Virus record (IMG/VR): IMGVR_UViG_3300020045_007216
Span: 1-46,497 of that record
DNA length: 46,497 nucleotides
Reading direction: 5' to 3' (one strand)
DNA from: a virus
Taxonomy: Duplodnaviria; Caudoviricetes
Shown here: piece after piece, positions 34,783 to 42,970 of the stretch
Layout: every line of letters starts with the position of its first letter
How positions within the stretch are numbered: the first letter of the stretch is position 1
The notes under the pieces: model-generated
Databases searched by the model: none
What the model saw: only the letters and a program-made list of their open reading frames with translations
Told to the model about the DNA's origin: nothing
Program-made: the position numbers and the translations under genes

Positions 34783-34811
34783 AGTCTATTCGGGCTTGAA
34801 CACTTCGTCAA
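34783..34811 (-). promoter_or_regulatory. Promoter family copy for the beta-clamp operon
   Basis: TTGACG-AAGTGTTCAAGCCCGAA-TAGACT. Confidence 0.8.
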
Positions 34812-34860
34812 TACCCCGCATCAAGGTATTCTATCGTGAACCCCCAACCGGCCCGATACC

Positions 34861-35256
34861 GTGGAACTGACCCTAGCCGACGCCAAGTCCTTTCTCGCAT
34901 CGTTGGGCATCACGTCGATTCCTGACGTTTTCCTCCAGTTGCTGGTGAACCAGATCAACTCTGTCGACGAGTGCCTGGCGCTGCATGGCTACTCGGCGAA
35001 CAATATCGCGCTGATGAAATATTACGCCTTGGCGTTGCTCGGCATCATGCAGCCCGGTCGCCAGATCACCCAGCAGCGGGCGCCGTCCGGGGCATCACAG
35101 TCGTACGCCTTCGGAACGCTCGAAGAGGGCTATAAAAAATACTCGGTGCTGCTACGCGGCCTGGACCTTGAAGACTGCCTTGGCGCGATACTGCCGGCTG
35201 ATCCGTTCGCCTTGACGTGCGGCATGATTGTCGGGAGGGCGGTGCGCGATGAGTAG
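34861..35256 (+). CDS. Head-tail adaptor protein
   Basis: Position; RQITQQRAPSGASQSY motif. Confidence 0.65.
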   Translation: MELTLADAKSFLASLGITSIPDVFLQLLVNQINSVDECLALHGYSANNIALMKYYALALLGIMQPGRQITQQRAPSGASQSYAFGTLEEGYKKYSVLLRGLDLEDCLGAILPADPFALTCGMIVGRAVRDE

Positions 35257-35893
35257 TCTAAAAGGCGGCGGCATTTATTTGATAAGAAATACCCAAAACG
35301 GTAACTTTTACATCGGCTCGGCCGTCTGTTTTTCGAATAGGTGGGCGGTTCATCGGCGGGCCTTAAGGAAAGGAGACAGCGGCTGTCGGCGGCTTCAAAA
35401 CGCCTGGAACTTGTACGGCGAGCAGGCTTTTGTATTTGAAGTTTTAGAGCACGTATGCGCGGCTGAACACTTGATTGAAATCGAACAAGGCTATTTGGAC
35501 GCCCTTTCCCCGCCTTATAATATCTGCAAAGTTGCAGGCTCGGCCCTAGGGACTCGGCACTCTCAAGAAACTCGGATCAAGATGTCTGATCGCAAAAAAG
35601 GCCCCTTGAACCCGTTTTTTGGGCGCACAGGTTCCGACCATCCGCGTTTCAATAAAGGCCATTCAGCTGAGCACAAAGCTCAGATGTCGAAAAAACATTC
35701 CGGCGCGTCAAATCCGATGTATGGGGTTCGCCCGGCCCATGCAAAGTTGGAAACTTCCACTGTACGCGCTATAAAAGACATGCTAAGTCTAGGGATTAGC
35801 GGTCGTCAAATCGCTGACTTCTTTGGGATAAGCTCGGTCAACGTGAGCCAGATTAAAACAGGCCGCAGCTATGCGTCAGTGGGGCAACCATGA
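35249..35893 (+). mobile_element. Free-standing GIY-YIG homing endonuclease gene with NUMOD3-like repeats and C-terminal HTH
   Basis: GIYLIRN...FYIGSA...RW..H; HSQETRIKMS, NPFFGR, HSAEHKAQMS, NPMYG; AT-richer than its flanks. Confidence 0.88.
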
Positions 35894-36216
35894 GTTCCAT
35901 CGCCAACTGGAGCTACACCAACACCGCCAGGGTCCGGCCGTTTATCTCTTCCGACGACTTCGACGGCGAAACGCTCTACGGCGAGGAATACACGATCATG
36001 TGTACCTGGGCGGCCGAAGCCAAGGAAATGCGTGATGCCAATGGCGTCGAGTTCGTGAGCGCCTACATCGTCTGGTCCGAAGACCCACGCCCAAAGTATC
36101 GCGACATGATCCTGCTGAATACCGAACAGGAAACCGACTGGCAAGAGGTCAAGAGCCATATGCAATGGGACATGTCCATGTTTCAGGACACGCCCGACTA
36201 TCGGACGGTGACCTAG
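35890..36216 (+). CDS. Head-closure/neck protein
   Basis: Position and size. Confidence 0.6.
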   Translation: MSSIANWSYTNTARVRPFISSDDFDGETLYGEEYTIMCTWAAEAKEMRDANGVEFVSAYIVWSEDPRPKYRDMILLNTEQETDWQEVKSHMQWDMSMFQDTPDYRTVT

Positions 36217-36666
36217 ATGCCAGTGCGCGGCGCCGATCAGGTTCGCAAGAACATGAAAGCGGTCTTTGATCGCCTGCAAGGGCCGATGACTGAAAAAACC
36301 GTCACTGAAATCATGATCCTGGGCGGGACCTACGCTGACGCGGGCACACCTGTGGACGTTGGCACGCTCATTAACAGCAGATTCAGGGTCGTCGAGCAGA
36401 CGCCGAGCGGCTGGCGCGGCAAATACGGCTACACGGCGGCATACGCAGCCGCCGTGCACAGCTACACCGGCAAGTTGCGGGGTCAGCCGCGTGCGCACTT
36501 CGGCAAGACATCTGAAGGCCGCGAGTTCGGCGGCGGCACGCTCAAAGGCAACTACTGGGATGGCGCACTGGGCTCGGGCAAGGCCAACACCCAGTGGCTG
36601 ACAAAGGGCTTTGAAGAGGCGATGCCGGACATCAAGGAGCTGATCAAGGGGTACATGAAAATATGA
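36217..36666 (+). CDS. Neck protein (HK97 gp10-like)
   Basis: TPVDVGTLINS...GYTAAYAAAVH. Confidence 0.7.
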   Translation: MPVRGADQVRKNMKAVFDRLQGPMTEKTVTEIMILGGTYADAGTPVDVGTLINSRFRVVEQTPSGWRGKYGYTAAYAAAVHSYTGKLRGQPRAHFGKTSEGREFGGGTLKGNYWDGALGSGKANTQWLTKGFEEAMPDIKELIKGYMKI

Positions 36667-37052
36667 GATCCCCTATCGAGATTGTGCGCGAGTGGCTTGA
36701 AGCCGATCCTGCCTGGGTTGCAGCCCAGTTCAAACTGGCGCGCGGCATGTGGCGGGATTCGACTGCCGACGCCAGCCGAAAAATGGCGGTGCTGTCGATG
36801 AATGGCGGGCGCGGGCCTCAATCGGTCCAATCTTATACGATCGTTTCGCTGATCCTGTTGGGTCCGCAGAAATCAGGCGCGGCGGGCGCAGTAGTCATAG
36901 AGAACCTTGCGCTTTCGATTCAGACTCGCCTGTTCACCAATTACAAGGCTTGCGGCGCCGCGCAAATTCGGCTAATCGGCGGTATAATCGGGCCGGGTTA
37001 CACAACCGAAGACCGACCGTGGATAGAATTGTCCCTGGAAATCCTTACTTAA
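36663..37052 (+). CDS. Tail terminator-like protein
   Basis: Position before the major tail gene. Confidence 0.6.
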   Translation: MRSPIEIVREWLEADPAWVAAQFKLARGMWRDSTADASRKMAVLSMNGGRGPQSVQSYTIVSLILLGPQKSGAAGAVVIENLALSIQTRLFTNYKACGAAQIRLIGGIIGPGYTTEDRPWIELSLEILT

Positions 37053-37064
37053 GAGGGCGTGAAA

Positions 37065-37556
37065 ATGCCAGCATGTGAAACGGGCAGCATGGTCGGTCGC
37101 GACTATGCCATTGAAATGGTGATCGCTTGCGGGGACACACGCCCGGCATCGAGCGCCTACGAACCCATTGGCGCGTTTACCTCCAAGGAGGTGACGATCG
37201 AGTGGGACCAAGTCGACCCCACGTCTGACGCCACACCCGGCAACGTCAAGGCTACCTTGGCTTCCTGGCTGAATTTCTCGATCAGCGGCGACCTGGTGGC
37301 GCGCAAGAGCGACGAGGTGGGCAAGATCAACCAGATTAAACTGGTCAAGCACGTCGCCAACCCTGTCGAAACCGGCGGCCAGCCGTTCGCCTGGATCCGC
37401 ATGACCGGACCCGATCTGACTTACGAGTGTTTCATGCTCGTCAGCAACATTTCGCTGTCAGCCCCAACTACTGACGTAGTGACCCGTTCGTTCGAGGCGG
37501 CAGCCGCCGAATCGCCGTTCGGCCTCCTGATCTATGACACCCCGGTGGTCCCATAA
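37065..37556 (+). CDS. Major tail tube protein
   Basis: Position; KEVTIEWDQVDPTSD...FSISGD pattern. Confidence 0.75.
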   Translation: MPACETGSMVGRDYAIEMVIACGDTRPASSAYEPIGAFTSKEVTIEWDQVDPTSDATPGNVKATLASWLNFSISGDLVARKSDEVGKINQIKLVKHVANPVETGGQPFAWIRMTGPDLTYECFMLVSNISLSAPTTDVVTRSFEAAAAESPFGLLIYDTPVVP

Positions 37557-37557
37557 C

Positions 37558-37917
37558 ATGGCCAATATCCCAAATGTAAATCCGTTCGCGGTCGTCGGCT
37601 CATCCTCGGTTGCACCGATCGCCCTTGGCCTATCGAATACGCTGGAGTTCCGCCCCAGTTCAAAGCAGGTGCTGTTTATCCGTAACGGCTCGGGCGCGTC
37701 CGTTACAGCGACCCTTGACGGTGCCGACGCGCCGACTACCGTGCCAGTTCCGGGCGCTGCGGCCAGTCTGAACATCGCTTCGGGCGCTGCGATTGTGGTG
37801 GCTGCCGGGGCGACCATGATGGTGCCGCTGGGCAGTTATCGATCCTACCTGGTAGGCGCCGTGACCGTGACCCTGAGCCTTGCAACCGACGTTACCGGCT
37901 GGCTTATCGAGGTGTAG
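37558..37917 (+). CDS. Small beta-rich structural protein (tail decoration-like)
   Basis: ATG 37558 one base after the tube stop; Ala/Val/Thr-rich. Confidence 0.6.
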   Translation: MANIPNVNPFAVVGSSSVAPIALGLSNTLEFRPSSKQVLFIRNGSGASVTATLDGADAPTTVPVPGAAASLNIASGAAIVVAAGATMMVPLGSYRSYLVGAVTVTLSLATDVTGWLIEV

Positions 37918-37919
37918 GC

Positions 37920-38621
37920 ATGCAAGCGCTCACCGCCATCGGCGAAGTGGGCATAGAAGCTGGGGGGCGTTCGTACTTGTTGCGGCCGTCCCTTTTTTCT
38001 ATGACTCAAATCGGCTCACCCGCAGAAATTGTTTACGCATCGGCTATCTTGCTAGCTACAGAACCGGAAAACCCGCAGCACTTGCGGCGCTTTCGGCAGG
38101 AACGCTTCGAGCAGGCGCTGATTGTCTGGTACGCCTGCGCTGGCGATCAGGATATCGGCGAACTGGTCGGTGGCATGGCGCCAGTTACTCGGGCCGACGA
38201 CGGTTTTTTCTCATCGCCGTTTTCTTGGGGAGAACTGGTTACCCGTCGTGCGCCCGCGTTTCGTTACGTGCCGGGGCGCCTACCGATGGCCGATATCGTT
38301 GCGATTGCGCAGATGCTGATCCGGCACGGTGTCGTGGGCAACGCCGTACCTTCAGGCGACCCGGGCGGGGTCAAAGGTACGTTTCTTGCCGAGTTCAACG
38401 CCGTGGATTACGCAGCCGCAGCAATGGCGCATCTCGGCGTTTCGGAAACCGATGCCTGGCGGATGACCATGACCAGTTTTGTTGCTGCCATGCATTCGAA
38501 ATTCCCGCCGCCGGCGCCCGGCTCACAAGAAGCGTTACGCCCGCACACCGCCGAGGAATATGATGCGACAATGGATCGGCTGCGCAAGATCAACGAGCTA
38601 AGGGCAAAGGCAAATGGCTGA
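37920..38621 (+). CDS. Tail assembly chaperone
   Basis: Directly before the tape measure; HLGVSETDAWRMTMT motif. Confidence 0.7.
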   Translation: MQALTAIGEVGIEAGGRSYLLRPSLFSMTQIGSPAEIVYASAILLATEPENPQHLRRFRQERFEQALIVWYACAGDQDIGELVGGMAPVTRADDGFFSSPFSWGELVTRRAPAFRYVPGRLPMADIVAIAQMLIRHGVVGNAVPSGDPGGVKGTFLAEFNAVDYAAAAMAHLGVSETDAWRMTMTSFVAAMHSKFPPPAPGSQEALRPHTAEEYDATMDRLRKINELRAKANG

Positions 38622-41600
38622 AGACGTAGGCACGATTTTTTACACGGTTGACGCTAAGACCGACCCGCTGGTAACCGCATCGGGCAAAGCCGACAAGGCC
38701 GTGCAGGATATCGTCTCTGCTTTGAACTCTGCCGATAAAGCGGCGGATAGCGCCAGTAAGGGCCTGGACTCGGCAGGCAAGTCGCTGAACAACGCCGGCC
38801 AGAAGATGGGCGACGTGGCGTCGAAAGCCAAGGCCGCCGGCGACTCGGTCAAGCGCTTCGGCTCGGACCTGAACGACATTCAGGGCGACTCCAGCCGCGG
38901 TATTGCCGACGCTGCGGATTCCATCAAGAACGCTGCGGAGGCCTCAAACGACGCCAACGACCCGATCAAAGAACTGGTCGAGAACATGAACCAGGGCGCC
39001 GCGAGCGCCGGCGCCCTGACATTCAGCATGAGCGCCTTGGCAACAGCGATTGCCTCGATTGTTTTTTCCAACACCCTCAAGACCATCGCCGAAATGGTCC
39101 AGAAATACGAGGAAATGGCCGACCGGGTGCTGCTGGCTTCGCGCTCGCAAGAAGAATACGAAATGGTTCAGCGCCGGCTGCTGACGACGGCCAACGGCAC
39201 GTACCGTTCGTTGCAAGAGGCGCAAGAACTCTACATCACCACGGCGAACTCGCTGAGGTCGCTTGGCTACAGCACCAACCAGGCTCTTGATGTCACCGAC
39301 TCCATGTCCTATGCATTCGTGCGCAACGCCACGACGGCGGACAAGGCGCAGGGCGCCATTGACGCATTTTCCAAGTCGGTGAACACCGGCAAGGTCGCGG
39401 CGGATCAGTGGGAAACCCTTTCGGGCGCCATCCCTTCGGTGATCGACGATATCGCTAAATCGGCAGGCAAGACCGGCGCCGAAATCCGCAAGATGGGCGC
39501 CGAGGGCAAGATTACGGCAACCCAGTTGACTGAGGGGTTGCGCAAAGCACTTGAGTCGAACACCCAGGCCGCCGCCAAAATGTCGACGAACCTGATCGAC
39601 GCCGCTACCCGTTCAAAAACCGCGTTCACTGCGTTTTTCGTCGCCGTCGAAAAACAGACCGGGATCCTGGCAACGCTGACCAATGGCATCATCATGGCTG
39701 CGGACGACCTGTTGAAATTCTCGGCGGTGACGGAGAACGTCAGCGAAACGATCAATGCGGCCAGTTCGGCTGCGGCGATACTTGCGACTGTGATCGTTTC
39801 TAAACTGGTTGGGTCGTTGGCCAGCTACACCACCGCGCAGGGCACCGCACTGGTCGCAGCGATCCGCCGCATCGACGCCGACCGTCTGGCTGCGAATATG
39901 GCGCTCATGGTTGCGAGGGCCAACGTCGCAGCGGCAGAGAGCGCGGTATTGGCGGCAAGAGCCGCTGAGGCCGCAGCAGTCGGTTTTGCACATCATGCGC
40001 AGATGGCGGCCGCGCTTGCAGCGGCGGAGGGCCGGGCGCTTGCCGCCACTGTAGCACTCGATGCGGCCCTGGCGGCTGCGGCAGGCACCGCAACGCGAGC
40101 AAGTGTTGCGATGGCGGGCCTACAGCGAGTAATGGGTTTCCTCGGCGGCCCAGTTGGCGTAATCCTTATCGCGGCTGCGGCGCTGTACTACTTTGCCAAG
40201 GCCGCCCGCGACACAGTCGTCGATGTCGACCAGTTAAACAGTTCTCTGAAGACCCTCAGCTACAACCAGTTGAGCAAGTCGGCAAACGACCTAGGCGACG
40301 ACATTACCAAGTTGAACAAACAGTTATCTAACAGCTATCAAGAGCTGAACACGATGACGAAACGGTTCTACGAGGATGATGGTGATTTCGTCAAGCGCCA
40401 GACCGAACAAAAGGCGGCTATCGACGGCATCAACCAGGAACTGAAAAAACGTCGTGACGCCCTGGCTGCAGTCACGGCGCAACAGGACGAAATGACGAAG
40501 GGCTGGCGCACCCCCAAGAGCGCACCTGGCGCCCCAGTCGATGCTAAGCCGGTGTTGCCTGACGACCCGGACGCCGAAAAGGCCATCAAGGCCCTGGAAG
40601 ACGAGCGCGACCTGTTGAAAGTGGTCGGTGACAAGCGCGCCGAGCTGCGCGCGTTGCAGAAAGCCGGTGACGGGGCAAGTGACGCCCAGAAAAAGAAAAT
40701 TCAGGAACTGGCCAAGGAAATTTACGACCTTGAAGAGGCGGAGAAAAAGCGAAATGCCGCTTCGACGAAAGGCGCAAAACAGGCCGAAAAAGACACCGAG
40801 CGCCTGAAGAAACAGATTCAGGGGCTGAAAGCTGAAGTCGAACAGGTCGGCATGAACGCCCGTGATGCTTCGATCGCCAAGGCTGTCGAGCAACTAAACG
40901 GCCTTGGCACTCCGGCGCAGGTGGCCCAGGTCAAAGAATTGGCCGCTGCTGCCTTCGACGCCAACCAGGCCAAGAAGGCAGCCGAAGCGGTCAAACAACT
41001 GAAGGAACAGATAAACCAAGTCGGGGCCAGTGCCAAGGAACTTGCGCAGCGGCAGGCGGAAATCGGGTTGGGCGAGTTTGCAACACCAGATCAGATCGCG
41101 CGCATTCGCGAACTGGCGGGCGAGCTGCAAATGCTTGAAGAGCGTAAAAACCTGACGACGCAATTGCAGACCGACGTCCCGCAACTGGGCGCAGCGGCGA
41201 AATATGAGGAGGACCTGAAACGATACGCCCAGTACAAAGAACAGGAACTTATCACCGATCAGACATATGCGGACCTGAAAGCGCAGCGCGAACGCGAGTA
41301 CGAAGAGCAGAAACGCGCTTTGCAAGAAGAAACGTTCCGCCGGGCATCGGTGGCCAACGAGGCGTTAATGGCTGGCCTGGACGCACTTGGTCAGGCGGGC
41401 ACCCAGGCGATCAGCGGCTTGCTAACCGGCAGTTCCAGCTTGCAGGAGGCGTTTGCGAGTGTCGCTAACACCGTCCTCAACTCAGTGATCGGCTCGTTTG
41501 TCGAAATGGGCATCCAGTACGTCAAAAGCATCATTATCGGTCAGACGGCGCAAAGTGCGGCCGCCGCTGCGGCGGTGATTAGCGGCACCGCGATTGCAGC

Positions 41601-42066
41601 GGCTTACGCCCCCGCAGCGGCAATGGCCTCCCTTGCATCCTTCGGTGCGAACGCTGGCCCGGCGGCTACTGCAATAACCGGCACGGTAGGTTTGGCCAAG
41701 GGGCTATCATTAGCCGGCGGGCGGGCGGCGGGCGGGCCAGTTGCGGCAGGCAGCATGTACCGCGTGAACGAAGGCGGAAAGCCCGAAGTGTTCACGGCCG
41801 GTGGCCAGCAGTACATGATCCCGAACCAACGCGGCGAGGTGGTCAGCAACAAGAAAGCCAGCGCGGCAGCTGGTCAGGACGGCGGCATGCCCGCAGCGCC
41901 GATCGTTAATATCTACGAAGCGCCGGCAGGTACTCAAGCCAACGCGCGGTTCAGCGAAGCGGACAATCGATATATAATTGACGTCGTTTACGGCGACATG
42001 GTCAGCGGCGGCAAGACCGGCAAGGCCACGAATGCTATCACCGGCACCAAACGGGCGGGCTCATGA
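38614..42066 (+). CDS. Tape measure protein
   Basis: 1150 aa, Ala-rich and helical; C-terminal RAAGGPV...VNEGGKPE. Confidence 0.93.
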   Translation: MAEDVGTIFYTVDAKTDPLVTASGKADKAVQDIVSALNSADKAADSASKGLDSAGKSLNNAGQKMGDVASKAKAAGDSVKRFGSDLNDIQGDSSRGIADAADSIKNAAEASNDANDPIKELVENMNQGAASAGALTFSMSALATAIASIVFSNTLKTIAEMVQKYEEMADRVLLASRSQEEYEMVQRRLLTTANGTYRSLQEAQELYITTANSLRSLGYSTNQALDVTDSMSYAFVRNATTADKAQGAIDAFSKSVNTGKVAADQWETLSGAIPSVIDDIAKSAGKTGAEIRKMGAEGKITATQLTEGLRKALESNTQAAAKMSTNLIDAATRSKTAFTAFFVAVEKQTGILATLTNGIIMAADDLLKFSAVTENVSETINAASSAAAILATVIVSKLVGSLASYTTAQGTALVAAIRRIDADRLAANMALMVARANVAAAESAVLAARAAEAAAVGFAHHAQMAAALAAAEGRALAATVALDAALAAAAGTATRASVAMAGLQRVMGFLGGPVGVILIAAAALYYFAKAARDTVVDVDQLNSSLKTLSYNQLSKSANDLGDDITKLNKQLSNSYQELNTMTKRFYEDDGDFVKRQTEQKAAIDGINQELKKRRDALAAVTAQQDEMTKGWRTPKSAPGAPVDAKPVLPDDPDAEKAIKALEDERDLLKVVGDKRAELRALQKAGDGASDAQKKKIQELAKEIYDLEEAEKKRNAASTKGAKQAEKDTERLKKQIQGLKAEVEQVGMNARDASIAKAVEQLNGLGTPAQVAQVKELAAAAFDANQAKKAAEAVKQLKEQINQVGASAKELAQRQAEIGLGEFATPDQIARIRELAGELQMLEERKNLTTQLQTDVPQLGAAAKYEEDLKRYAQYKEQELITDQTYADLKAQREREYEEQKRALQEETFRRASVANEALMAGLDALGQAGTQAISGLLTGSSSLQEAFASVANTVLNSVIGSFVEMGIQYVKSIIIGQTAQSAAAAAAVISGTAIAAAYAPAAAMASLASFGANAGPAATAITGTVGLAKGLSLAGGRAAGGPVAAGSMYRVNEGGKPEVFTAGGQQYMIPNQRGEVVSNKKASAAAGQDGGMPAAPIVNIYEAPAGTQANARFSEADNRYIIDVVYGDMVSGGKTGKATNAITGTKRAGS

Positions 42067-42554
42067 GTGAATTACTTGAAATCGTTTGTGCATCGGCGCC
42101 TGCCGGCTCACTTGTCATCGACACGCTGGAACTGAATTCGCCGGCATGGCCGGCACCGGTCCGCCTGGTGAACAACTACGACGACTTGTCGCTGGGCATC
42201 GAAAGCGGCGAAGTGGTTACCTTTACTGCCGCCCCGATGTCGATAACGCTGCCGAAGCGCGACAACAGCCCGCGCCAGACGCTGAGGTTCGCTATCGATA
42301 ACGTTACCGGGGAATCGCAGCGCCTACTCGACCTCGCGCTAGAGGCGGGCGAGCGTGTCAACGTCGTGTTTCGTCGCTATCTGGACTCTGACCGCACGAT
42401 GCCCAGCGAACGGGCGTTCACCTCCAGCGTTCTGGGCGGCGGAATGGAAAGTCGGACGGTTCAGATCGAAGCCGGTTTCATGAACCTGCTGGACTGGCGA
42501 TTCCCGCGCAACAGCTACACCCTGGCGTTCGCGCCGCAACTGGCCTACCTATGA
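42063..42554 (+). CDS. Minor tail protein (DUF1833/gpL-like)
   Basis: TLEL...LRFAIDNVTG...FPRNSYT. Confidence 0.8.
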   Translation: MSELLEIVCASAPAGSLVIDTLELNSPAWPAPVRLVNNYDDLSLGIESGEVVTFTAAPMSITLPKRDNSPRQTLRFAIDNVTGESQRLLDLALEAGERVNVVFRRYLDSDRTMPSERAFTSSVLGGGMESRTVQIEAGFMNLLDWRFPRNSYTLAFAPQLAYL

Positions 42555-42970
42555 GTAACTGGGTCGACCAGTATCTGGCCTGTCAGTATGAAGACGGCGG
42601 CCGCGAGCCTCCGCGCATCGACTGCTATGGGCTGGTACGCCACGCACGCCATCATCACCTGGGCTTTGCCCTTCTGCCCTCCTGGGGCGCGATACGCAAT
42701 ACGCAGCCGCGGGAATTCACCGAAGCCTATCGGGACACGGCAAATGAAAGCATGGAGACCTGTGCAGCCGAACACGGAGCAGTGGCCGCGGTATTCAGGG
42801 GCCCGATCTGCATCCACGTTGGCCTTGTTCTGAAACGCTCGGGGTGCCTGTATACTCTCGATATCAACCCTAAGAGAGGCGCCCGGCTGCAACGGCTGGC
42901 GGACTTTGAGGGCCAATATCTAAAGGTGCTCTATTACCGTGATCGACAACATTCGGGTCTACGCCTCTAA
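42551..42970 (+). CDS. NlpC/P60-like tail assembly protein (gpK-like)
   Basis: GGR...DCYGLV...HVGLV. Confidence 0.85.
   Translation: MSNWVDQYLACQYEDGGREPPRIDCYGLVRHARHHHLGFALLPSWGAIRNTQPREFTEAYRDTANESMETCAAEHGAVAAVFRGPICIHVGLVLKRSGCLYTLDINPKRGARLQRLADFEGQYLKVLYYRDRQHSGLRL

Noticed and set aside
37540-37560. Programmed +1 frameshift fusing the tail tube to the next protein
   Set aside because: The downstream gene is in the +1 frame, but the site is CCA TAA rather than the CCC TAA used by SPP1-type tails, and it has its own ATG
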